This document shows, piece after piece, positions 42,840 to 57,820 of a stretch of DNA of 64,000 bases (its first letter is position 1; each line of letters opens with the position of its first letter). The stretch comes from Chrysomallon squamiferum (Eukaryota > Animalia > Mollusca), in NCBI GenBank assembly GCA_012295275.1, contig CM022675.1:9362001-9426000 (forward strand), in the 5' to 3' direction. The notes beneath the pieces were generated by a model. That model saw nothing but the letters and a program-made list of their open reading frames with translations. It was not told where the DNA came from and made no database searches. A program made the position numbers and the translations under genes.

Positions 42840-44077
42840 ATAATAGTGTTTGTATATTTGTTTTCTTCTGTATTAATTACATTTCTATGTATTATATCTA
42901 CGATATATCAGTTATCTATTATTTCTGTATCAAGGATACTGTTATAGTATCCTGTTGTATCGATGCGGTTACATTTATACTGAGTATCTTTATATGTGTT
43001 GCTACACGATATTTTATGTGTTTCAGAGTTGAGGGATTTGTACTGTATGAAATATCCGACGGGATTCCATTGTTTTGCACTTTGTTAATATTTTATGGGA
43101 TTCTATTGTTTTTTGCAATATTTTCACTCGGGATTCTATTGTTTTTTGCAATAATATCAGTTTGAATCATAATATTGTTTTGCACCGGAATCAGTTTCAT
43201 AGGGATTGTCCTGTTTGATCTTCCAGTGAGTTTAAAAGCGATCCCATGTTTATCAGGTGCACATCAGTTGAAGGGATACTGCGATCATGTTCGGCGTATC
43301 ATTGTATCAGGGTGAGGCCAGGGATACTATGGCTGTTACTGTCTTCGTACTTTTACGATTAGTTAAACGCGTGACAGTATCTGAAGTGACAGTTTAAAAA
43401 ACATACGATACTTTTGACCCAGTTTAAAGACAATCTTTTGTTTGTTCTACTTTTTTTATTTTTTATTTTTTTATTTTTAAACAATATTACAGTTTTCATG
43501 TTATTTTTGATGTTCTTCTTGTTTTTTTCTTCTTCTTCTTCTGTTATAATTATTATCACTATTATTTTTGTTATTATTTTTATTATTATTATTGTTATTA
43601 TTATAACAGCTGTACAAAAAAAAAAAAAAAAAAAAAAAACAATATTGATTTAACAGTTAAGGAAAATGTCCTTGAAAGTTTTCAATGAAAGGATTATGAC
43701 ATTAATCCATTAAAAGAGGATTTTTTATTTGCTTATATTATTATTATTATTATCGTAACTGTTTTAAAGATAAAATATACAGACACACAGACGGATGGAT
43801 AGAGAAATCCATTCATTCATTCATTTAAAAGACATAACAAATTTCTTCCTAGCCCTCGTCACTGAATACAAACTCAAAACGTTTTTGTTCTCGTAGCAAC
43901 TTCAACATCTTGCCAGTTGGAAACGTTATGAAATTTGTATGTGTGGAAATTTGATTTTGTCTGCAGTATACAGTGACTATTAACCTGCACGTTATTGAAG
44001 TTATGTAACAGTCAGCTCTGATATTGTGCTAAACTAGGTCACCTTAGGTGACACCAGTATCTGAACACCGACTGTGT

Positions 44078-45036
<959 letters not shown>

Positions 45037-45940
45037 TCTCTCTCTGTTCATATATCTCTGTCTTTCTATTTTATAACATTAAATATATCTTCATGAGTCA
45101 TTTTTGTGCAAATTCTGACCAGATCTTGTCACTTTTTTTTTTTTTTTAAATATATTTGGTCATTTGTTTGTTTATTTATTTTATTTTATTTTTTTATTAT
45201 TATTCTATTTATTATTATTACTTTTTACTTTTTAATTTTTTTGGCGAGGTACATATATCTTTTTATTTTTATTTTATTTTTATTAATTTTTTTTTTTAAA
45301 ACTGAAATCAAAATCTCGGTCTTTGTTTTGTAAATGGAGTAATCTTACTTACATTACTGAAATGTAAACACAGTGTGATGTGTCAAGGTTTTAAAACTGA
45401 TTTAATTATTCATTTATGCTGTCCTTGTTTCGTTTCTTTAATTTTTTTAAATTATTTTTGTTTTGTTATCACTTGTGTTGTTGCTGCTACTACTACTTCT
45501 ACTATCACTACTATTATTACTACTACTACTATTACTACTACTACTACTACTACTACTACTATTACTACTACTACTACTACTACTACTGTTACTACTATAT
45601 TATTGTTATTATTACTACAAAACCTACTACTATATGTTTTTACTATAACTACTATTACTACGTATGTATATGCATATGTTGATGTAGATGTACATGAATA
45701 TATATATATATATATAAGTATTCAGAGACATACCTATGCATAAAACTATTCCATTTATAATTTAAAAAAAAAAAAAAAAAAAAAAAAGTTTGGCAGGTTT
45801 TAAATAACTATCCATGCATATATTAAAAGGGAAAGGTAAAAACAAATTATCACAAAAAAGAAAATAAAAAAAAATAAAAAAAAAAAAAAAAAAAAATGAA
45901 GTAACAAAAACGGACGATATTGCAAGTCTAGATTTTTGTT

Positions 45941-45971
<31 letters not shown>

Positions 45972-47364
45972 ATTTACCTGTACCGTAGCAAGTCTAGAAT
46001 TTGTCCAGTGTTTACCTGTACCCCAGATAGGTAAGAGACAGGTTTGTTTGATTAGTACAGTACACTCACTAGTATTTTTCCCTCACCTGTTTGCTCACCT
46101 CTTGTTTTAAAATGTAGGTGTATACATTCGAACGACCAAAACATGCAGTTCATTCAGTGGACTCGGAGCTCGAAGGATTTTTTAATTTTTAGTTCAGCTC
46201 AGCTTCGAGTCCCTTCTCTGTGACTTGTTTTAGACGTACGTGTACATCACTGAAGCTAAGCTACCAAAGCATTAATCAAGAATGACATAGTAAACTGGTT
46301 TTGTTACTGAAAACTAAAACGGTAGCGAATAGTTCGTGTAAATAGTTCTGTAAGTATCTGTGAAGATACAAATTAGATATATATATGTGTGTGTGTGTGC
46401 GTGTGTTTGTGAGTGTGTGTATGTGGGTGTAGATAGGTAGATAGATATATACATAACATATATACATAGACACACACACACACATACATACATACATACA
46501 TACATACATACATGCATGCATGCATGCATTCATATTTACATACCTTCGTATACATACAGGCGTATATACGTACTACATACATACATTCAATCCATACATA
46601 TTTAATTAATAGAATAAATAAATAGAATGAGAGATAAACATTTCTGAAAGACAGACAAACAGATATATAGGTAGACATACAGACAGACAAAAAGAAAGAA
46701 AGAATGAACTCGGCAACTCCTGTCCCTGGTAAGATAAAAGTTCGAATCTCGAATCTCACTGATTTCAAGCGTAGTTCTTCCAAACGACGTGCATTTGCTT
46801 GTGTGCGTGTGCATGCGTGCGTGTGTGTGCGTGTGTGTGTGTGTTTCGTTCTCCCTGCCTCCTTGTCTTTGAATGCTTACAGACAAAACATACACTGAAA
46901 TCACCATCCGATTGTCGAATTATTTTATTTCTTGTTTTGAAGGAAAACAGATGAGCCGTATTCATAATGTGAGCACGTCAGGCGTGCATGAACCTCGTTT
47001 TTTAATGTTAGTAGGACAGTGAGACTAAAATTTTGTTTTGTTAACGTTGGGTAAAAGATGCTTAGATTCCGTTGCCCAGCCTGTAGCTATGTGAATACTG
47101 ACGCATTTTATGTGTTTTCATAATGCATATTGAGTAACTGATTTGAATAGCAATAAAAAATAATAATAATAATAAAAAAGGACAGAAAAGATTTTTTCAG
47201 AGAATTGTTTTATCAGATATATAAACCCTGAAGTTATTAATGATGTGTTGTCGAAACAAACCTAATTTCGAACATATTTTGTGCATTCGTGAGGATTTGT
47301 GGTATATTTTCCTTAGTTTGTGAAAAGAACGTTTATACAACAGATTTTCTCTTACTCCTTTTTT

Positions 47365-47453
<89 letters not shown>

Positions 47454-48560
47454 ACTTTCTTGTCAACAATAACAATAACAATAATAATAACTAAAAAGTT
47501 GTTGATGATGATGATAACAACAACACCATCAAAACTGCCACTAAATGCATACGTAATATAATTCATGACGCAGTTTTCATTCATGGCTAAACTTTAATAT
47601 GTTTTGTGCCTGCGGCTACAAAATTTGGCATTCTGCTGATGACGTCGATGATTTAATGTTTATCATCACCAACATCATCATCATCGTCATCATCATTATC
47701 TCTATCATGAACAACATCTTAATGGCAATGATTTTTACGTATCAAACATCCATTCTTGTTTTTAAATGATGATTTGAGATTCCGGCCCACTGATTATATT
47801 TGGCAATTAAGCAACAAGGTTATTTTCTAGTTCTGTTGGAATTTCGAATAACGACACAGAAAAGAATCCCAGATAAATGGACACAAGAAATAAGTCTTGG
47901 AGAAATGAGGTGAACGCTGATCAAAAAAAAAAAAAAAAAAAAGAAAAAAAAGAAAGAAAACAAAACAAAATGGATAGAAAGATTGATAGATGAATAATAG
48001 TGATTAATAAATGAAAATCTACGTTTGAAATTCACATGGCTAAAACAAAAAACGTAGCTTTTTAATTTTTATTATTATTTTTTTTTTAACCTTGACCTTT
48101 ACCCTTTGACCAGAGGTCGAAACTAAAATCGAATATGAATCAACGCATATAAACAGTTACTTCCACCTACTTCCTACAACCCCTCCCCAGGGGCTTGCTA
48201 CCCCCCACATCATGGTTGAATGAGCCGAGCCGATTAGAAGTATTACGCTGTGTTAGACGTGACGTAACGGCGTGTATGACGTCTTTTTGGTCGAGTGCCC
48301 GTTTTCAGTAGGACCCGCGATGAATGACGGGAACGCGAAATGAAACGGAATTACGTCACAAATCGGTCATTCATGAATATCGAGACTTACTTAATGCAAA
48401 TGTCACTTGTAGGACGCAGAGAAGTTAATCTGTAAATCTTTTTTAAATATAGACATTATATACGTATATATATATACACACACACACACACATATATGTA
48501 TGTATACATACACACACATATATTATATACACGTGTACGTATTGGTGTATGTGTATGTGT

Positions 48561-48600
<40 letters not shown>

Positions 48601-48616
48601 AATATACACATATGTT

Positions 48617-48649
<33 letters not shown>

Positions 48650-49098
48650 ATCTCTGAAACTGTGTGAGTGTCTATATAAAATAAAATAATACAATCCAAT
48701 ACAATACAATACAATACAATATAATATAATATAATATATAATATAACAACACACACACACAAAATCTCAGAACCACACTGACGTAATCACGTGATGTGGG
48801 AATGGAAGGGTTTATTGTGTCTGTCTATTGACGGCCAGATTATCTGATCCAAGTAGCCTGTTGTGACGTCACTTTGCGGGTGGAGTGGGGCAGATTAGAG
48901 ATAAAAGAAAACAGTTTAAATAATGAGGATTTCTAGCGCAGGTGACTGTTCTTTGCTGTTACATTTCAAGTGGGGTTTTTTTTGTTTGTTTTTTTCACGT
49001 ACGTAATGCAAATGTAAACACACATCAAAATATGTGTTAACACAGTGGTGTTTTATAACATGTACGAACTCCTAACTAAAACAAAAGACTGATAAATA

Positions 49099-49153
<55 letters not shown>

Positions 49154-49262
49154 ACGTGTACATATACATTTGCACACACAGACATATACATGTATACATA
49201 CACACATATGTGTACGTACTATTTATTTTTGTTGAGAGAGAAATTCAGACAGACAGACAGAC

Positions 49263-49307
<45 letters not shown>

Positions 49308-50079
49308 TCCTGAAAAAGGGACAGAACATTTATGTACAGTTATTATTTAAAAATCTGACATGACATTGACATTTTGGAACAGAAGACACAAGTAATTTTT
49401 TTTTTTTTTTTTTTTTTTTAAGTGCAGTATACGAATTATATTTGACTTAACTGAAGTGTCAGTTTTCGAAAATAATGCGGATTTGTTTTCTTTTTCCTTT
49501 ATTTATTTATTTTTATTTATTTATTTTTTTTTTTTTTATTATTATTTTTTTTTTTTTTGTTACGCCTTCTACAGATTTCACGAGTGTCAAATAGTAAATC
49601 TTTCTGAAGCTTTATCCCGTTCTGGATTAAGCTAAATCACCAGATAAATTAACTCAGCTTGAGAGATTATGTTGCTAAATTTATTTCTCTGGATTACTGT
49701 AATTTAGTTGAGGTGGGGTGGAGGTGGGGGGGGGGCGTTTCGCTCGGAATAACTTACTGGAAAAAAAAATTCGGTCGCGTATACGACATTTAAGAAGGTA
49801 AACAGGTATTACGTTTTTTTTCTTCGTTTTTTTTCTTCTTTCTTTCTTTTTTCTATATATATTTTTAATTATTATCATTTTTATCTTAACCACAACAACA
49901 ACAACAACAACAATAATAACAACAATAATAATAATAATAAATATTTACATTGAAATAGATATATACAAACACGCACAAATACTAACATACACACGCCAAA
50001 CATTTTCTTACGTTCCAATATACATTATTATTGTTGTTGTTGTTGTTGTGGTCGTCGTCGTCATTGCTGCAGATGCAAG

Positions 50080-50110
<31 letters not shown>

Positions 50111-50707
50111 ACATTAAAATCACTGAGTTCAGACGGGTTTTTTTGTACACACGACATTTGATAGTCGGCGAGTAATCGTTTCTGAGAATCGTCCCGTCTG
50201 AATTCGCCTTTATCAACTGTGTCAATCAACCAATAAAACGTAAAAGACGCCTGGCCCTGCTTAGCTAGCTCTGTAGGTGCGCCTTTTATTTAAACATTTA
50301 TGGTCTGTCGCATTCGTGACGTCATTATGCGGATAGGGCTGTCTTCTGCACTTGGCCAAAAACCCACGCGAATCGGAGCAAGACGGGAAAAGCCGATCTG
50401 CGGTCTAAAACCCCCCCAAAACCCTGCTTAATGACGATCTGCGGAATAACTGTGTAAATCTAATGACTTAATTAACATTGCCAAAGTAGCGAGGTCCTTT
50501 GGTTCTCAAAAGTTTTTCACTGGTAGTGGCATGTCTCCAGAATCGCTTCAGATTAGTATTATTATTATTAATAATAATAATAGTAATAATAGTAGTAGTA
50601 GTAGTAACAGTAGTAGTAGTAGTAGCAGTAGTAGTAGTAGTTGGTGTTGTTGTTGTTTGTATGTAATAATAATGGGATTTGAAGGGGTCTATTTTTATAA
50701 GTTAATG

Positions 50708-50768
<61 letters not shown>

Positions 50769-50961
50769 ATATATATATATATATATATATCTGTCTATCT
50801 CTATCTCTATCTATCTATCTATCTCCGTCTCTCTATTTGTCTTAAAAACATACATACATACATACATACATACATACATACATACATGCATATATAAACA
50901 TATATACAAACACACACATAAAGATGTTTGTATCTATACCTTTACACACATGTGTGTGTAC

Positions 50962-50996
<35 letters not shown>

Positions 50997-51449
50997 CGCA
51001 CACACATTTCTATACATGGTACAGTTGTGTGTGTGTGTGTGTGTATTCTCACACACAAGACAAACAGAAGATTACAAAGGCTTTTGCTGAACAGGTCGTT
51101 TGAAGATCATACATACCGTCACGCTCTATTTGTCACGTGCTAGGTTGGACGATTCACATTATACATATTGAATACTGCATATTTATTCAACAGAACTGCA
51201 TACTGTGCACTTTACACAAAGTCTACAACTCATTTTTTTTTTTCTTTTTTCTTTTTTTCTTTTCTTCACATTCATATTATTAAATCGTTTTCGAATATGA
51301 ATCTTCTAATAATTTTTTTTTTAATTGTTTTTTTCTTTTTCTTTTTATTGGTAGTGTGTTCTAGTGTACAAATATATTTAACAAAGAATTATTTATATAT
51401 ATGTACCGGTGAGGATATATAAGTGTGTATGTGTGTGTATGTATATGTG

Positions 51450-51480
<31 letters not shown>

Positions 51481-51845
51481 GTATATATAAATACACACAT
51501 ATATATTTATATGTATACAGATATGTATGTATGTATGTATGTATATTTATAAATGTATTATCGATAATAGAAAAGCTTACTAAATTAAAGTCATATGTAC
51601 GCATACGTCATAAACATTCACACTGTGTCTGTTTTTTTAAAAATTATTCCAGCTTTTTGCACACTGGGTGAATGGTGATTTGTTTGGTTTGTGAAAGAAA
51701 TCTTCATAATGTCGCGTTTCATTATTTAAAATTAGGTCACTCAGTTTTCTTGTGACGTGAAATATTCAAAATGAAAATCACTTGCTTCTGTTTGAATTTA
51801 GTGTCAGCGTTTCGCAAAACACGCATATGCATGCATGATACATAC

Positions 51846-51967
<122 letters not shown>

Positions 51968-52270
51968 CCATTATGCTATTCATTTTTCCCTATGTTTCTT
52001 TGTATGATATTTTTTGTTATGTTTTGTACGATTTTATGTTTGGCACTTTGACAATTATTTATTTATTTATTTATTTATTTACTCAATTTTTAAACGTGTT
52101 TGTATTTATATCTTCACAGATACAAAAGTAATTATTATGAATTATTCACTACCACTGTAGTTTTCAATGACAAAAAAAACAGATATATATCATTCTTGAT
52201 TGTTTTGTTTATTCATTTATTTTTTTTTATTTATTTATTTATTTTTAAAGAAGAAAAAAGAAAAGAAATT

Positions 52271-52305
<35 letters not shown>

Positions 52306-52536
52306 TTCTTGATTGTCTTGCTCATTTATTTTTAAAAATTGTATTTATTTATATTAAAGAAAAAAAATTCAAGCACAATCGGCTACAACACACACCTAAC
52401 CCACCGACCCACCCACACCCGCACACACCCACAAACACACCCACACACACACACCCCTTCATCCTCCTTTCTTCAACGCCTACTACTGTCTCTGATAATT
52501 TTTGTCTTTTTTTTTTTTTTTTTTTTTTACTTGCAG

Positions 52537-52928
52537 AAGACATACAAATCGGCTGTCGAGAACTTCGAGCTAAGAGATATATATCGGACGGTTTCTGCAC
52601 CTCGATGAAGCCCATCAAGGAAGTCGTGTGCACGGGGCACTGCTTGCCCATTCGAGATTTGCCATGGTACGCCGAGTTTGTGAAATACTGGTCTAGGAAC
52701 AAGATCAAGGAGTACCAGTGTGTCGAAGACATTGTGAAGCGAAAGAAAGTTCGCTTGCTGTGCCAGAATGGAAAGTTTCGAACCTATAGAATAAAAGTGG
52801 TAAAAAGTTGTAAGTGCAAAAGAACAGTAGATGAGCATAACAGGACAAAACTAAGAGAGAAAAGAAGAAGGCGAAGAAAAAGCCAGAAACAAAGACGGCG
52901 GATGAATTCCAATGTGCACAGGCCTTGA
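52537..52928 (+). CDS. SOSTDC1: Sclerostin/SOSTDC1-like gene, coding exon 2 (cystine knot + basic tail)
   Basis: (E)DIQIGCRELRAKRYISDGFCTSMKPIKEVVCTGHCLP...KYWSRNKIKEYQCVED...LLCQNG..RTYRIKVVKSCKCKR...HNRT closely follows vertebrate SOSTDC1 (VQVGCRELRSTKYISDGQCTS..KELVCAGECLP..KYWSRR..CKCKRYTRQHNES). Eight Cys with CxGxC and CxC motifs; TGA at 52926-52928. It is probably co-orthologous to SOST and SOSTDC1. Confidence 0.97.
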
Positions 52929-53030
52929 ATGTCATTCAAATGTCTTAGAAGTTTAAAAAAAAAAAAAAAAAATAAATAATAATGATAATAAAAAAATTCA
53001 AAGAGTAATGAAAAAGAAAGAAGTATATAT

Positions 53031-53063
<33 letters not shown>

Positions 53064-53966
53064 AATAAATATAAAAATGTTGATAATGTTAATAACAAAT
53101 GATAATATTAATGATTCGGATTACATGAGGTGGTTTACATATATTTCGTTTCGTTTTTTGGAACCTACAGGCACGACACAGTGGCGCATTGATACAACCA
53201 TGCGTCGTACAGGCCGCCGCTCTTCGTTGTTTCTGAGGCAAGTTAGAGCTTTATCCGCCGAACAAAATAGTACCTGGTATACTTTTTTGTTCTTTTTACA
53301 CTTGGATGGAAGATTCAAAATGAAATTTGATCATCTGATTCTGGATACCATTTTTTGTTTTTTTTTGTTTCTTAACAGCATATGATTATTTCCCTTTGTT
53401 GCTAAGATGGCCATCATCACTTAGCAACAAATAGCTGCATCACTGGGTTGCTAGGGAACTAGTTTTGGTTGCCAGGGTCAGCAAAGTTGCAGCCATCGGC
53501 GAAAGAATCGAGCTAGTGTAAAAAGAGATTAATAATCATAATTTATGGAAGATATGCTTCTTTCAAAGACGTTTCTTTGTGGTCAGTAAACGTGATCTGT
53601 AAACCGAGTGTCCGCCATTTTGTCTTATGTCTGATGGAGATGTAACGGTATTCAGCGAAGGTTTTCCTTCTAGTGACAGATATATTTTGTTTTGGATTCT
53701 GGAATTTTTTAATTTAATTTTAATTTTATTTAATTTAAATTTTTTTAACTGTTGACCAGAAAGCCAGTCCGAGGTCAGTTATCACGGAATCACAGATTAT
53801 CTGGTGAATAAATAAATAAATAAATAAGAAAGAAAGAAAAAAACAAAAATTTAAAACAAAAGAACCCAGTAGCAAGCAATGGTGGATATGACGTAATTTG
53901 ATAATGGGAGATAATTTGATCTCATTTTCGAGTGTGTCACGTGATTGGATTCTGAAAGGAAGTAAA

Positions 53967-53999
<33 letters not shown>

Positions 54000-55510
54000 A
54001 AGAATAGTGAGCAATGAATTCACCTTGTGAAAAATTGTCTTGTGAATAACTTTTTTTTTTTCTTTTTTTTTTCCTAAACTTTTTTGTGAGTACCTCGTTA
54101 TTTTAGGCTTTCGTCCTTTTCAACGCCTCGTCTTCAGTCTGTTACGTCAAATGTAGAGGGCGCAAGACTCAAGTTACGTGGTGAGCACTGATGTGTGACG
54201 TAAAGTGCATTATCCGTGTCCACGTTCGCATGTTTGTTCCAATGGGGAAGACACCAAAGGAACAAACCTAACTAAATGGCATCTTTCATATATATAAATA
54301 TAATTATAAATATATATATATATATATATATACACACCGTTGCAGGAAATATACTTTATAAATTTTTCGTGTGTCTGTGGATTGCAAGAAACGTGCGCAT
54401 ACTGCACCAAACATTTTCGGGAATAATACAAAAAAAAAAAAAAAAAAAAAAAAAATACGAAAGAAAGGAAAGAAAAAGATATAGAAAAATTCTATTTTTT
54501 AAAAATCCCGTGGTGGAGTACGCATGTCTGTGTAGCTGCTTCCTGTCGTTGAATGTGTGGTCACGTGATTTCCCGGATGTTACGACGAAGGTGAAGGACG
54601 GTGAAGGTCGGACCAGTATGAGGCGGTGACTGAACTATTATTTAATTTTCTATTTGTATTACTGTATTGCCAAAGTTACCGCCATGTATAGAATATTCTT
54701 AATAGTCGTCACATTGTGTTGTAAAGAGATGCGAAACGTAGAGGTTAATTACTATTATGACGTAATATATGACGTCATATACGACTTAGTTCAATATTTA
54801 GTATATTACATTAACAAAACAAAAAATAAAAAAAAAAAAGATAAAAGAAAGAAAGTAGAACAAATTTTAGTACACAATAAATAAATAAATAAATAAATAA
54901 AAGTTTATATATTAATAATTGTACTGGGGGATAATAATTATAAAAACACTTTTACATAAAAACTGTTTGAATTGAAAGTAATTAAATTAATTTTTTTTTT
55001 TTTTTTTCGTTTTTTTTCGAAAATACGTTTTAAACTTAAACTTAAATGACTTAAATGAACATCGAAAGCCTGGAAACAAAATGATATGTTTATTGTTTTG
55101 AAAATATATATTCTAAAAATCATTAAAGTTTAATATATAAAGAAAAAGAAGGAAATAAGAAAAGCATTTTAAACACTAAATTTAATAACTGTCCTTCAAA
55201 ATTAATTCAGGATTTTTTGCTTTTAAATGAAAGTAGGTGAACATAGGTATAGGTGTGGGTTTAAATGTAATGGAACTATAGATAAAATATTTTTGAAAAT
55301 GTCATTTGGTCTATACGCACACGTATGAAAATTCTTACAGCCATAATGGTGTGTTCTGTATTCATGAATACATACCTAAATACATACATTTATTCCTGAA
55401 TGTATACAGACATACATAAATACAAACACACGTACGTATATATATATCCTTAAATGCGTAAATACGTAGGAAAATACAGAGATGCATTCATACATACATA
55501 CATACATACA

Positions 55511-55544
<34 letters not shown>

Positions 55545-55676
55545 CATACATTCACACACACACACACACACACACAAACGTACGTACAAATACAACAATA
55601 AGTATTTTGTTTCACTTCTATGCATTAATGCATATGTATATAATCATCTGTATCGTGTTTTTTCTTCTTCTTCTTC

Positions 55677-55762
<86 letters not shown>

Positions 55763-55869
55763 TTATACCTTGTTCCTTTAGTTATGTTACTGCATGCAGC
55801 TTTATAAATATTCTTTGTCTTTTTCTTCATATCTTTCTCTTTCTTCTTCTTCTTCTTCCTCATCTTCTT

Positions 55870-55929
<60 letters not shown>

Positions 55930-56184
55930 TCTAAACATATTCACGTAAATTCTCATCGTATCGAGATCTCACAAAACAAAACAAAATAATCACCAAATAC
56001 ACTCACGTGAAATCTCGTCACTGCGAGATGTCACAAAAAAAAAAATAAAAAATAAAAATAAAAATAAAATAATTAAAAACAAACGTTTCGCATCTTTTTG
56101 CAACATTTCGTCTGTTGTCACTGTAAATCCAGTGATATTACTCATTGTGTTAGTATATAAATAATTATATAAATATACGTATAC

Positions 56185-56239
<55 letters not shown>

Positions 56240-57076
56240 TATATATATATTATGTTACTGTACATAAAATCGCAGTCGTTGTTATTATATTATATTGTCC
56301 TTTTGTTTATACACTCTCAAATTTGCCGTGCGATTCACAAAGTAAACTGTACGATCGTGTAAATTCCAGAAAGAAGAATCTGAATTCAACAGAATAAAAA
56401 AAACAAAAACATCACGAATCTAACCAATACAATATTGTTTTCTGTTTTAGAGCTATATCGAAATCTGACCTGTATTTATTTATACGCATTATGACTTCAT
56501 AATTTCACGTCTGCGTCAAAAACCTGAGCTCTGCAGTATGATTTTAGATTTAAGGACCAAACTTTACTTGTACCTGATTATTTTAAGTGTTATACGTGTA
56601 GTGAGACCTGATTTGTTGAATTATATTTCCACATTTCATAGCCATGTCTATACGTCACCCAAATTGCATAATTTTTTTTTTTCATTTCAACGTTAATCAT
56701 TTTTACGTAGAAAAAATTATTTGCAGTTTTATAACTCTTTCTGGTACAATGCAGTTTTACATTTCATAAGTACGTTGATGCTGTACACAGTATAAATTAA
56801 TATTCCACAATTATGCTGAAACCTAATACAATACGAATTTAATTAATTAATTTTTATTTATTTATTTTATTAGTATGGTGAAATCTGACTAGTATATTCT
56901 TACATTTCAAAGCCTATCGGTATTTTACCGAAATTACATATGTTTACATTTCATTACTTTACCAAATACCTGATGTAAATTAGACAATTTTACATTTCAT
57001 GATTATACTGAAATCTTGACATTACAACAGTTTTCGATTTCTAACTATATAGAGAGAAAGAGAGTAAAATTCGTAC

Positions 57077-57177
<101 letters not shown>

Positions 57178-57689
57178 TAGATAGATAGATAGAAAGATAG
57201 ATAGATAGATAGATCCGTGAATCTTTCCCATGCTAGGCTGCTTTTAGAGATAATGGAGATGGAGACCCAAGTCATGGGAAGTTCTGTAGATCCTCTTTGT
57301 CAGAAGCTTCGAGAAATAATTAGGGTAGGGGCAACTATTGAATTTGGCCCCTTACTATCTGGCCCATTTACCAGGACTGATAGCAGAGTAATAAGGATCT
57401 AAGCCAATGATGAATATTAACACAATATAAGGCTAAGCAATATCTAAACCTGGATGTTTCAGATTGCGAGGCCAAGATATGTGATAGTTAATGAATATTT
57501 ATATCAGTCAGTAAAGTCGTTGGTAATTAGGATTATGAGTAAACATTCACAATAAGTTGTTTATGTTTGAAGATACTGAGATAAGTATGAAAATGCATAT
57601 GTGTGTGAATATATATATATATACGCACACGCACGCACACGTGTAGGTCGATAATTTATAAACAGAGAGATAATCATGAACATATATAT

Positions 57690-57820
57690 ATTTATATAAG
57701 CAGACATCTAAATAGATAATTACGAATATAGTTAAGTAGACATAAAATAGATAATTGCGAATATAGTTAATTAGACATATAAATAGATAATTACGAATAT
57801 AGTTAGGTAGATACATAAAT
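57690..57820. repeat. ~35-bp minisatellite, about 3.5 copies
   Basis: aaatagataatt(a/g)cgaatatagtta..tagacata repeated. Confidence 0.9.

Noticed and set aside
46704-46728. MNSATPVP + G|gtaaga, another phase-1 candidate exon
   Set aside because: Only 8 codons, no signal peptide, and embedded in microsatellites.
52200-52536. N-terminal 112 aa of the 242-aa ORF
   Set aside because: Intronic low-complexity sequence. A strong acceptor at 52536 marks where homology begins.
52926-52928. TGA stop as possible selenocysteine or readthrough
   Set aside because: The domain is complete before it, the downstream frame is low-complexity, and no SECIS consensus was recognised.
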